From assembly GCA_051362555.1 (NCBI GenBank), contig CM120643.1, positions 11,194,144-11,258,143 on the forward strand: a stretch of DNA of 64,000 nucleotides, read 5' to 3'. This DNA comes from Lingula anatina. Lineage: Eukaryota; Animalia; Brachiopoda. The notes beneath the pieces were generated by a model, which saw only the letters and a list, made by a program, of their open reading frames with translations, had not been told where the DNA came from and searched no databases. The position numbers and the translations under genes were made by a program. Shown here piece after piece: positions 12,801 through 23,858 of the stretch. Position 1 is the first letter of the stretch, and each line of letters begins with the position of its first letter.

Positions 12801-13570
12801 TAAGTGTTTTTTCCTCAGATTCTCAGGCATGTTAATAGTCTCATTATTAAACTAATTAGATGCGTAGAAGAGTTCTTTTGACATTTTCTGCATCTTAACA
12901 TCATTGTTAGTTGATTATATAAAAATGTCAAAAATGGAAGTAAACTCATGAGTCATATCACTGAAGTTTGTCAGATTCAATCATTTACTACGTTCAGAAT
13001 CTCAGAATAGAGCAAATTGGACATTTAAAATTGTTCCATTGATATTTTCCCCATGTCAACAATTATCATAGTTGATCTTATTAACATGACAGTAAATGGA
13101 TCATTTTGCTTTATATAAAGTGTTGAAAATGGCAAGAAATGCATTTCAGTAGTGGTCAGTCTGTAATTGTCCCTTGAGTAATCATTAGTTAACTTCAGAG
13201 CTATTACGTCACTTTCCTAATTAAGTTTCAAGTGACCATTAAATGAGATTACATAAAACACACATGTTGTGATTTCCCTGTAAGCTCCCATCAGTTTAGC
13301 TCTGTGCCAGATACAGTTTGTGAAAGTCTAAATCATTAGTGTCGTGTAATTTATAATCAGTGATAATTATGTAGGTAAATGTTGTTTAATATTGCAAATA
13401 AGATTACAGAAGAAAAAACTATTTTGTGTAATGCCAACATTAATGCTATAGATGAATAACAGTGCTTTATTATCCTCAAACTCAATGGGGTTATTAATAT
13501 CATGTTAATACAGCTGGATTAAAAGTATATATAGCATCTTTATTGGTATATATTTTTCTTTTTTAATCTT
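12700..13570 (+). repeat. Dispersed repeat with a rearranged, mostly inverted copy at ~31070-31900 and a direct partial copy at ~32245-32380
   Basis: 12960-13075 matches the reverse complement of 31115-31218. 13160-13525 matches the reverse complement of 31570-31890. 12830-12900 matches 32310-32380. Confidence 0.75.
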
Positions 13571-15224
13571 AAATTTTTTAAACACTGGCATTTTCAAATA
13601 TGACTTAACTCCCATCCACCTGGCCCTGGTTTCAGAAAAAAACTTTAGTTCCCTGGCTTAATTGATTAGGATTTCCAAGAGAGTGCTTTTACACTGCTCC
13701 CAGTAGGGTAAGATGTGACCATGTAACCTTGGTAATTAAGTTCTTAGCCAGGGAAATTGACAAGTTTGTTTGTGAAACATGGGGGCCTGAACCTCTGTAC
13801 ATTTTCTGTATTTCCACATAAGCTATAATATTGGTGTTAATGCGGTTAAATATTATATAATATTGTTTTGCACTGTCATAATTTTTCACATGTTGGTATT
13901 TTCATTATGTGAATTTGAACTTTCATGGTCCTGAAACTGTAATCTTAGTGACCATCTTACCTGTTGTGCACGATTAGAATTTAGTGTTGACTTTGCTGTC
14001 ATAAGTATTATTTATTATTACATCAAAATTGACAAAGTGACCTATATTCTACGTCCTTATTTTCTGCTTTTGTCTGTACATTTGACGGCTTTGCTGCCTT
14101 TTTTGTGCTATCCGAGCCTGAACATCGGACAAGTCAGTAAACACCCACATCAGTTCAAGTGCCCTTTTCTTTTTGATGTAAAAAGCATGTGTCGTACTTC
14201 CCGAGCCTGCCGTTTAGTTATATATTGTTAACATTACCTTCTCATTTCAGGAGTCTACTGAGATACTGAGAACTGTACGACAGCCGCCTGCTAGCAACCA
14301 AGTCTTTCGTCCACGTTCTGGGACCCTACGAGCATTCATGCATCTGTTGTATTAAAGTTGAATAAATACATTTGTAATTCCTTGGTTTTTTTTCACTTTG
14401 ATATGAAATAATGATGATAAAAATATTAGTAATAATAAAGCGAAAGGGGTAAAATTATAAAGATATGATTACTGTCTGAGCACTTTTAAGTTTAGTCTGC
14501 TAAAACTGATCTGTAAATATTGAGTTTGTTTTTACAGTAACAGAATGTCTTAAATAATGCAGTGTTTTGTAAATAATTGAGTTTGAGTATTTTAAGAAAA
14601 CTACAAAATTTTACAACAGCCCACATTTATAAACACAATTTATATGAATTTACGACTCGCTTTTGAAAATCTATTCTACATTTTGTTCTATAGTTAAACG
14701 GTTTTTTAATATTTCTTGGAATGAATTAGTTCGTCCTCCCCGATGTCATTTTCATAATTTTATACGGGTCCATTTTTAAAGGGTTCTGGTTTTTGCTACA
14801 GAAAATTGATTCTAATTTTACGCCCTTCTCATCTCATGAATGCTTCAATTTTATACAAAAATGAGAAAGTTGACACACTTTTTGAAATGGTAACAGTTGA
14901 AATCTGCTTCTCCAACAAAACATGGGGTCTGTACGTTCTGATATTTTTTAAAGAATGAAAATAATATAAAAAATATATTGATCCTTTAGTTTTGTGACGT
15001 ATATTTATTTCCAAATAGTCCCAAATGCACAGACAAAAATATAGCATTAAACTGTGGAAAAGAAAATTTTTAGACCAAACATTTAATGTCTATTTCTGCA
15101 TTATACAAGTTTATATCATCCAAATACTTTGGTAACGTTATTAAAAATGTGTTCTTTATACACTTAATTACAGTGGCATTAAAATGTAATTTTGTGATTA
15201 TTTAACTTGCACCTCAAGTGGGAA

Positions 15225-15830
15225 TAAATTGCCCCACATGCCATCCCTCATTTGGAATGGACTCACCCTACCTGTCACCCTTCAAATTGAATGGACTCGC
15301 CCTACCTGTCACCCCTCAAATTGAATGGACTCGCCCCACCTGTCACCCCTCAAATGAAATGGACTCGCCCCACCTGTCACCCCTCAAATTGAATGGACTC
15401 GCCCCACCTGTCACCCCTCAAATGAAATGGACTCGCCCCACCTGTCACCCCTCTGACGAAATGGACTCGCCCCACCTGTCACCCCTCTGACGAAATGGAC
15501 TCGCCCCACCTGTCACCCCCTCTGACGAAATGGACTCGCCCCACCTGTCACCCCCTCTGACGAAATGGACTCGCCCCACCTGTCACCCCTCTGACGAAAT
15601 GGACTCGCCCCACCTGTCACCCCTCTGACGAAATGGACTCGCCCCACCTGTCACCCCTCTGACGAAATGGACTCGCCCCACCTGTCACCCCTCTGACGAA
15701 ATGGACTCGCCCCACCTGTCACCCCTCAAATGGAATGGACTCGCCCCACCTGTCACCCCTCAAATGGAATGGACTCGCCCCACCTGTCACCCCTCAAATC
15801 AAATGGACTTGACCCATTTGTCACACTTAA
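15225..15830. repeat. 34-bp minisatellite, about 17 copies (ATGGACTCGCCCCACCTGTCACCCCTCTGACGAA / ...CTCAAATTGA)
   Basis: Direct tandem repeats with a 34-35 bp period, no spacers, degenerate outer copies. Confidence 0.97.
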
Positions 15831-17651
15831 AAAAGGATTCCTCTCATGTCACCCACATCTATGCAATCATACAAACCAGACTCCTACGAAACTATAAAAC
15901 AAAGTCATTCTAGTGTGATATTTATTTATTTATTTATTTAGAACATCTTTTGCGACAGAAAATCATGGTGAGGAACTGTTATAAAGATAAATATATGCAC
16001 ACTTAGACTCTAGTCAAACTCTAGGCAAATAATTTTAAAAAATATGAATTATTGACATTTGGGAAATGTGGTTTGGACTTGCATTGGAACTTGTTCCTAA
16101 TACTTTCTCTATTTGTACTGGAATTTCAATACCAGCATTCACGCTTTATACTTAAAGAATCCAATATTAAATTTAAAAAGGGTGTTGAGCTAAATTTAAA
16201 ATTCAAGGAAAAAATATGTCGGCTTTTCCATGGACATTAAAAAATATCATTAGTACTGTATATTGTGTATACATTTATTGCTGTATACAGGATAGACCAA
16301 GGGGCGGCATGCTTTTTTATTTGAGCAGACATGATACATCTTTAAATTGGCAGATCCAGAATTTATATCAATTTTGTGACATACTACACTGCATAATTCT
16401 AATCTTGATTTCAGCACAAAAATGGTTAATTGCAACACTTATTTGTACAAATTCAATTTTTCTTTTTGTTTCAATTTGAAGGAACGAAATATATTTAAGA
16501 TAGAGAAGACTGTAATTAATATTACTTTGGCTTTTATGTCTTAGATCGCCATTCACAGGATCAGGCACAGAACACATACAAATTTTAAAATAGAAATGAC
16601 TCCTACAATGCAAATCAAATTAATGTAAACAAAGTAAATTAATTAATTACCCGAACTTCAACCTGCAACGTTGTGGAAATGTTACTTTCACCTTCAAGTT
16701 TGAATGTTGTGATACACAAATGCTTTAAAAATGTATTGTGGCATTTTAAACCCTTAAATAATACGTCATTGCACAATAATAAAATTGGAGAAAGACTGAT
16801 GAGTTTCAAATAGAATCAGATGCATCCCAATTAACGTATAATTTAAAATTAAAAATGCTCAATAACTGAGTATAACTTGAAAAGGGAACATGATCGACCA
16901 CATTTTTGAAAAACATTAAAATATGTTCAAATCTGATATGCACATGGTGTAGTCCTAAAATTTTTGACATTCACAACAAAAAACGTGTACCATTTTCGCC
17001 ATATTACATGTGCGCTGCGTGTTGGTTCGAGCACGTCAGTGCGTGCGTGTGTGCCTGTGCAAGGTTCCAAAATCTGAGGCTTTGGAGGATTCTATCAGTC
17101 AGATGCACGTGCATTTTGCAGGCTCACCGCAGAGTTGACAGTTCTGAAAAATCAAAATAATGTGTTAATTACGATATTAAAATGATATCCCAATGCAATG
17201 CAATTTGAACTGAGATAAGAAAATTGAAAAAAAAAACGCATTAATTTTAAAAGAGTTTATTCAAACCATTCCATAAATCTTACAAATTAAATGCATTACA
17301 CACACCAGCAATATTAAACTAAAATCACAGCAGGGAAGATGTATGTAAATTATCCTGACACTACCGTACACTTGCCTCAGTTTTCTGCGTCACATGCTAT
17401 ATGTAACCTTATTATACATAAAGGGAAACCATACACTACAAGGTGCGTCGGGGGAGGGGGGGGGGACAAGTTCTGACTGGGTGTGTATATTTATGACAAC
17501 TACAGTCAACAACTACAACACCGGGCGACTTGAGGCCTTACCTGCGGTAGGCCTATGTGTAACTGCCCGTAACACTCTTTATTTGTTTTCATTTATGGGG
17601 GTCATTTATTTATTTATTATCATTATTTTTTTTTCTTTTACAGTATGTCCT

Positions 17652-17884
17652 TTATTATCTCCGCCAAGGAGGTTATGTTTTCGCCCCTGTTTGTCTGTCA
17701 TGAACATAATTCAAAAAGTTATGGACCGATTTTGATTAATTTTTCAGGAACTGTCAGAGGTTGGCCAAGAAAGATATGATTAGTTTATGGTGGTGATCCG
17801 GATCTATAATCAATCAATAATCGATAATAATAAAAAAAATGCTGCCTTGGCAGAGGTCTGCGCTCTCGGAGTGCTTTTCTAGTT
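17652..17884 (+). mobile_element. Short Helentron/DINE-1-like non-autonomous element
   Basis: 5' subterminal IR ATCTCCGCCAAGG followed by GTTTGTCTGTC. 3' partner CCTTGGCAGAGG (17845-17856), small hairpin GCGCTC-TCG-GAGTGC and CTAG-TTT end. This is the known HINE/DINE-1 layout. Confidence 0.8.
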
Positions 17885-18120
17885 TATATATTATTCACAC
17901 GAACTGCATTTTCCTTTCTTTCACGTTTGGCTTCCTTTGCTTTCTCTCGCTCTACTAATTATAACGTTACAGGCCACCGCACATACCTAACCGCGCCGTC
18001 ACATGCCTCTGCCACATAATGCACTAAACAGTTCTCATTCCACTGTATATATACGGCTTCCTCTCTTGCTTCTTTTTCGCTTTAATATCAACCACAGAAC
18101 GGGACAGGGAAATTTCTAAA

Positions 18121-18312
18121 GATATTAGCTCACTTAGTAGGAGGATAAGGTAATTTATTTCAAACGTAAACCTCTTTGACTTTAGGTCCTTGCAACGTTT
18201 CTGTCTATCCTTTTACAACGATATTAGCTCACTCAGTCAGTGGACAGGTACTGTAGTCTATTTTAAGGCTTACGGCTTTGGGTCTTAACAGCGTTTCTGT
18301 CTATCTTTTTTC
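18121..18312 (+). repeat. Diverged ~100 bp tandem duplication, upstream of an AATAAA...AATCAATCA tail (~18493-18520); possible LINE 3' UTR
   Basis: GATATTAGCTCACT at 18121 and 18220; CGTTTCTGTCTATC at ~18196 and ~18292. Confidence 0.5.
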
Positions 18313-18837
18313 TTACTCATTCCTATGTACTTCGTGTAATTTTCAGTTTCATTTTTAGGTTATTTTTCTTGTATTTCTAATTTGTGTCCAATATTTATAC
18401 ATGTACATTTTACGTTACACTTTTGTTCCTTTTACCGGGAGGCCTACTTATTATTTTATTTCTTTTCTTTCAGTTTAACGGTTGGTTTTTGGGAATAAAT
18501 TGAATAAACCAAATCAATCAGTGTGAGTTTCTTGACCGAGTGCAGCTACAGTACGGTTACCTACATTGTAATATTTAAGGGCGACAACTTAGGAAACCAG
18601 TGCATTTACGTATGCACTGTACACGTACTACATTATTGGATCATTTAATTTCTTTCCACTTGTAAACGCTAGTAGACGATACTTTACTCACAAAACATTT
18701 TCTTCAACCGTGGTTCCACCAAACATGTACACAATGGGTCCGAGCTTCAACCACACATCATCTTGCAGGTCATCTTGTTACAGGGCCCAGCTGTCAGGTT
18801 ACCAGCCAGAAGCACAGCTCGCACTGCGATGCATGAC

Positions 18838-18855
18838 TTATTGTTATGCAAATTA
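18838..18855 (-). promoter_or_regulatory. Second Octamer-Sox composite motif (TTATTGTTATGCAAATTA on +)
   Basis: Exact reverse complement of 11398-11415, within ~100 bp of looser homology. Confidence 0.4.
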
Positions 18856-20869
18856 CAACTGGTACAGTGCATGGCACATTTTTATTGAAGGGGTAGTTGT
18901 GGAAATCGGTCTCAAAGAACGGCGAATCTACAGAATATTATTTTATTATTGTGACAAAACCATAACCCTGGCTGCATAGACCTATTTGTCACCATAGACC
19001 CTATTTCTTAAGGACAACAGTTTATATCAAATCAAAAATTGAAAATAACAATGACGATAAAAATAACAACTCAAATATTATTAAAGTGAATGATGCTCAT
19101 ACGGTCGGGGAATAGTGTTGCACGAGATGAAAAACATTTGTACGGTCCCCGGGCTATCTATTTTAATTGAAGATCTATACATTGCATGCAATCTGGCCCT
19201 CTCCGTGACAAGCTAAAATGTTTCCAATTGATTTAAAGCATGCCTACGAAGTTTCTGCGACTCCGCGGTAACTTCGTTGACTTAAAAACATGCCCCAGAA
19301 ACGGAAAGCCGCGGAAACGAATGCAGGCTCTCCTGGGTCCGGACAAATTACAGTTTGCAATTTTAGATAAAATCCGGTATAGTTTAGGATAAGAGAACGA
19401 TTTCACAACAATTTATTGCACGTTATCATGATGATGTATGCGTCGTCAATAATATTTCCTTTCTATTCTTCACTTAAAGGTCTGTAAAATGATGCTTAAG
19501 CGGGGATTGTCAGCAGCTGTTGTACCATACTGGGTGAATCTGTACAAATTGCAGGCCTACATGTATGCCAACTGCTGTCAGAAACACCCTGGCGATTGCT
19601 TTAGTGGAGATCAAGTAAGTTTTTCCCCAAACTATCACTCCTTTTATTAAAATGAAATGTATACTGTACTCAGTTTAACTAATTGGTGGTCAAATGATTG
19701 ATGTTTTTAACACTTGTGTAAAAACCCGTCTTCCGTGGCGAACTGTCAGCTGTTTTTTCATGTAATTTGCTGATTAAACAGAAAATTAATTATTTGAGCA
19801 TGTTCAACAATTCACTCTGCCTATTTCCATGTCAAAAAGAACTGGTGTATTTTTTTCTTTTTGCATAAAGTATTTATAGTAAATGAATAAAATAAGAAAG
19901 GAGAAAGAAATTTGGCAGAAAATCCAACGACTTAACATTTTCATAAAGCAAAGCTTGCAACAAAACCAAAAATAAAATTTTGAAATTCCTGTAACAATTT
20001 ACATAAAATACTATTGGCATCACGCAACATGTACGTAGTAGCCGAAGGAAAGATGAACAAATAATGAGTAATGACAAAAGCAACAGTGATTTTAGAACAA
20101 ATATCTATATCGCAAACAAGCTTATTACACGTAGTCTAGCTCACTTAATACAAATCACATGTACTGAAAAACGGGCTTTCTCAGATGACTGTTAACTAGG
20201 GCTCATTTTTAATAGGTTTAATTTTCCCACTATTTTTAACAACAAACTACATATTAACATGGACAATCAACAATGTGTCATGTTGCGCAGTGTTGAACGA
20301 CCCGCGTTTAATTGGACGCATATTCAATATCTATCTGCAAGATTTTATTGGGCTTGACTTTTGACTTTATCCTGTTTAGTGCGTTTATACAACGTATTTA
20401 AACAATGTGAGTAAAAAAATTCTAGTTCCTGAACGTAACGATCGGCCGTTGTGGAACGGCCCTCTGGTTTAATTAATCTCATTTCCCTGCTGATGATCTG
20501 TCGACCTCAGATTATTTTTTCAGTTAAGTGCTTTATTTATTTCCCCTCCTTTGTGATATTTCAAGAAAGGGAGAGAGAAAGAGAGAGAATTCAGAAAATG
20601 CGTAAAATATATTATAATATAGCGGGCAAAACTTTGATCTCTGTCGATTTTTGTATAACGGCCTCTTTCGATCATGAGCTTATGACTTGAGCAACAATAA
20701 TTTGAAATCATCTTTCTTTGTTTAGAAATTAAAGGTAATAAGTTTTTAAGTTTAAGGAAATGAAAGGTATCGCTCAGTATCGCTATTCAAAACGATTTTG
20801 TAGAGTTTATTACTGATACATTACGATACATTAATGTCAGCGAATAAAGTTTGTTGTGCACAGTCTGCT

Positions 20870-21310
20870 ATTCTAGTTCTTAATAAACTTGACCCAATAT
20901 TCAATACATTTTAGTCATGTATGACACATAAAGAGGAACTCTACCAAATTCGCTTAATGCTAGAAAATCTGTCACATTTTGTTTTAAGGAAGCCAGTCTT
21001 TTGCAAAAACGGGCATGGATTTGTTCGACTTTTGTGCACTGTTGAAATCACCATGGTTCTGCTGCATACAAGGTATATTAAAAGTAGTTTAACAGTTGCA
21101 TCAAACAGTTTAGAGGCTTCTTGATGGTCATAATATCATAAGTATTTTTGACAACGGAATATTCCGTTAGATGCCTTTGTCGCTTGTAATGATAGGCGTT
21201 CCTGTGTTCTAGACCATGCTAATCGAAGGGTGAACAGGATTCCTAAGTATTTGTAACTGGATACGACCTCAGTTCTATTTCCTTTATAAGTCCGTTTTTC
21301 ACATTTTACC
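20870..21310 (-). pseudogene. Degenerate non-LTR retrotransposon ORF2 fragment (RT thumb/C-terminal region, RTE-X/CR1-L2-like)
   Basis: Minus-strand translation across stops and frameshifts: EVVSSYKYLGILFT..LSLQATKA..KLFDATVK..YAAEPW*F..VEQIHARFCKRL..ALSEFGRVPL..YW. The YKYLG and downstream motifs are typical of LINE ORF2. Confidence 0.85.
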
Positions 21311-21754
21311 TGTAATACACAGTGGCGGGTTTCGATTTCTGGTCCCATCTCGTAATTACATTTTTACAATCCTGGGCACTTTTCAGATTTGCCCACATAT
21401 TGCTAATAAACAAATTACATACACACGATCAAAGAATTCTTATATCACTTTGTTAGAGAATGGTGTAAGTAAACACTGAAAACAGAAACTAAATATCACC
21501 ACCGAGTCCAAAGTTATGCTAAAGCATAGTCAGAAAAATTACCAAAAAGTTTTCCCGTTTTAGTCATATGAAACAAAAAGCAATCTGAAATAAACTAAAG
21601 CAGTGTTTGGCATAGCATTTTTTTTGGATTATAAAACACTCAATAGCATGGTAGAAGCAAAAAAAATTGAATATTAGCAGGTATGAGAAGTATCCCAGAA
21701 AAAAGTCCTTTAATGGCATGATGGTATTTCCGTTGAAATGTCCATTCCGAAACA

Positions 21755-21769
21755 AAACAAAACAAAAAA

Positions 21770-21808
<39 letters not shown>

Positions 21809-21822
21809 AATAAAAATAAAAA
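21755..21822. repeat. (AAAAC)n/(TAAA)n microsatellite
   Basis: Direct reading. Confidence 0.9.
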
Positions 21823-22020
21823 AGGAAAATGAATTTCAGAAAATTTCATAAGGCATACAGTATAATAAACTATCCTAATCATTACTTGGATGCATTGGTA
21901 TTGTTTGTATCAAATAATGAAAGCCTTGTAATGATCCTGGAGCTTGACATCGAGTGCAAAATAACCCTGCCGTATTTTTTCCGTTAAATTTGTCCATTCC
22001 AAAACATTGGGTTTCTCTTA

Positions 22021-22059
<39 letters not shown>

Positions 22060-22174
22060 ATGTTGACACCTAGCCTGTAACAATATACATATATATTTCT
22101 ATAAAGCCCGGGGCATACAGTATGTTATTTATTTTTATATAAGAAAACTCCCATTCAACTGTGTTTTTTTTTTA

Positions 22175-22330
22175 GATGCCTGTTAAGTAGAATACAAAAA
22201 GCTGGTGACTATATGAGTATGTTGGAAACAAGAGGAGGCATATCAATCTGTTCAGCTGATTGCACTTAGCAAGAGTCCCCGCAGAGCTGGGTTGATCCAC
22301 ACAGACTGATGGTGTGTCTATAGGAATGGG
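22175..22330 (+). pseudogene. Possible decayed KolX-like (P2X7 C-terminal-like) exon
   Basis: After a TTTTTTAG acceptor, mixed frames give YKKLVT..YEYVGNKRR, loosely like the YRxxVxxxxxxLGxxxR motif. It converges on the transposase-like remnant at 22441. Weak. Confidence 0.25.
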
Positions 22331-22440
22331 GTCTTACATACATGACAAACAAAAACTACAAAACAGTTTCACTTATTTGTTATGTCCTCTTGTATTGGGC
22401 ATTGCACAACCCAAGCATAATAATAACCAAACCTTCTAGA

Positions 22441-22705
22441 CTACTGGAACCTGCTCTTTTTGGCTTTAAGCAGTTCTTCTGTTGTGGGAGCAGGAACAGG
22501 TGCAGTATTTGGACTGAGGTTCCTTGGGTCCCATGGCTCAAGTTGCATCCGTGCTGTCATGGGACAAATGCTTGTCAGACTCAATGTCACTGCATGAGAC
22601 TGTAACGTGGGAATGTAATGATATCTTTATAACTTTTTCCCCTTCTACATGTACACTGGATAGGCCACCCATGCTCTTATGTGCTTGCTAATCCAATTTC
22701 CATAC
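22441..22705 (-). pseudogene. Decayed terminal exon of a Kolobok-like transposase
   Basis: After a TTTGTAG acceptor, one frame reads YGNWISKHIRAWVAYPVYM*KGKKL*RYHYIPTLQ...LEPWDPRNLSPNTAPVPAPTTEELLKAKKSRFQ*. The WV..PV..K.Y.YIP.LQ and DP....AP.P.P.T.EL....SRF pattern resembles Kolobok-type C-termini as I recall them. Two in-frame stops. Confidence 0.5.
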
Positions 22706-22829
22706 CTACAAAGTGAGGATCAAATAATTATAATTATCATCTAGCTACATGTAATTATAACTTGGACTTTAGAATGAAAAAAATTTTAATTCTTCCTTTG
22801 CTCTTAGATTAATTATCCCAGCAGGCACA

Positions 22830-22975
22830 CAACGTTGAATCAACGTTGGCAATTCAACGTTGAATCATGATTGATAGTTCAACATTGTTTCAACATTAGA
22901 AATCTCAATTAACGTTGATTATATGTTGATTTAGCATTGATTATATCTTGATTTAACATTAAATAAAAGTTGAGA
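22830..22975. repeat. Left subterminal repeats (CAACGTTGA(A/T)T-type ~11-mers)
   Basis: Direct reading; copies degenerate inward. Confidence 0.85.
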
Positions 22976-23858
22976 CAAATAGCATTTTCAATGTCTTTAT
23001 TTTGTCACTGCATAAAAGGAAAAATGCTGCTAATTTAAGTTAAAATATACATAGTTTACAACATAGCAATAATAAATAAAAAAAACTAAGAACAACACTT
23101 TTTTTTTTACAAAACAAAGCTGCACATCGAATCTGAACTAACACAAAAATTGTAATTAAGTATGCATGTACATTGGGGAGGGGAGGGAGAGATTTTTGCA
23201 CACCTTAACCTAAATTATACTGTACATTGTCATTTTTAAAGTAAATTATAATTCAAACATATCATTAATAATCATAATCGCTATAGTTCTGTATTAAATA
23301 AATCTTGAATAATGAATGAAAAAACATTGTTTTTTAGATGATGGAGAGTTCATTATAACAAAATTATAAATAATTAATCATGCAGTAATTAACTGTTTCA
23401 ATTCAACTTGCATGCTGTCTACAAACTCTGAAAAAAGAATTATGTATGGTACCCCAGCATAAAACCTCATGTCTCATATCAAACCCCATGTCCCTTTCAC
23501 TACTACAAATTCAAAAAAGGGCTATGGAAGTTAAATGTCAAGCAACATATCTTGTCAAAACACTGTATACAGTACGCATGACAACAGAACCAAATTGTAG
23601 AGTGAGTGAGTTACTGGCTGCGCTCGGAGCAGATTCTTACATCTTGACGCATGTGCAGTTAAGTTAGAGAGATAGAAATGGCTGTTGTGGTTGCTTTGAT
23701 AAATGTTTGTCGATTTTTGTGCAACAAGACGTAGAAGATGAGGTGCTTATACACACGACAGATATGAGTGCAATCTGATGAACTCCACAGTTTAGAGATA
23801 TAACTGTAAGCATTCTAGCAACGTCCTTCACCAAAATAATAGTTCAACTTCCTAATTG

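Noticed and set aside
14040-14235. Telomerase-RNA-like pseudoknot (U-rich and A-rich strands)
   Set aside because: No CTAACCCT-type template nearby.
15218-15913. CRISPR-like appearance and ORFs of the 34-bp repeat
   Set aside because: Units are contiguous with no unique spacers, there are no cas genes, and the context is eukaryotic.
19480-19614. Isolated exon-like segment (MMLKRGLSAAVVPYW...GDQ followed by GTAAGT)
   Set aside because: No partner exons or recognisable protein motif; cannot be supported as a gene.
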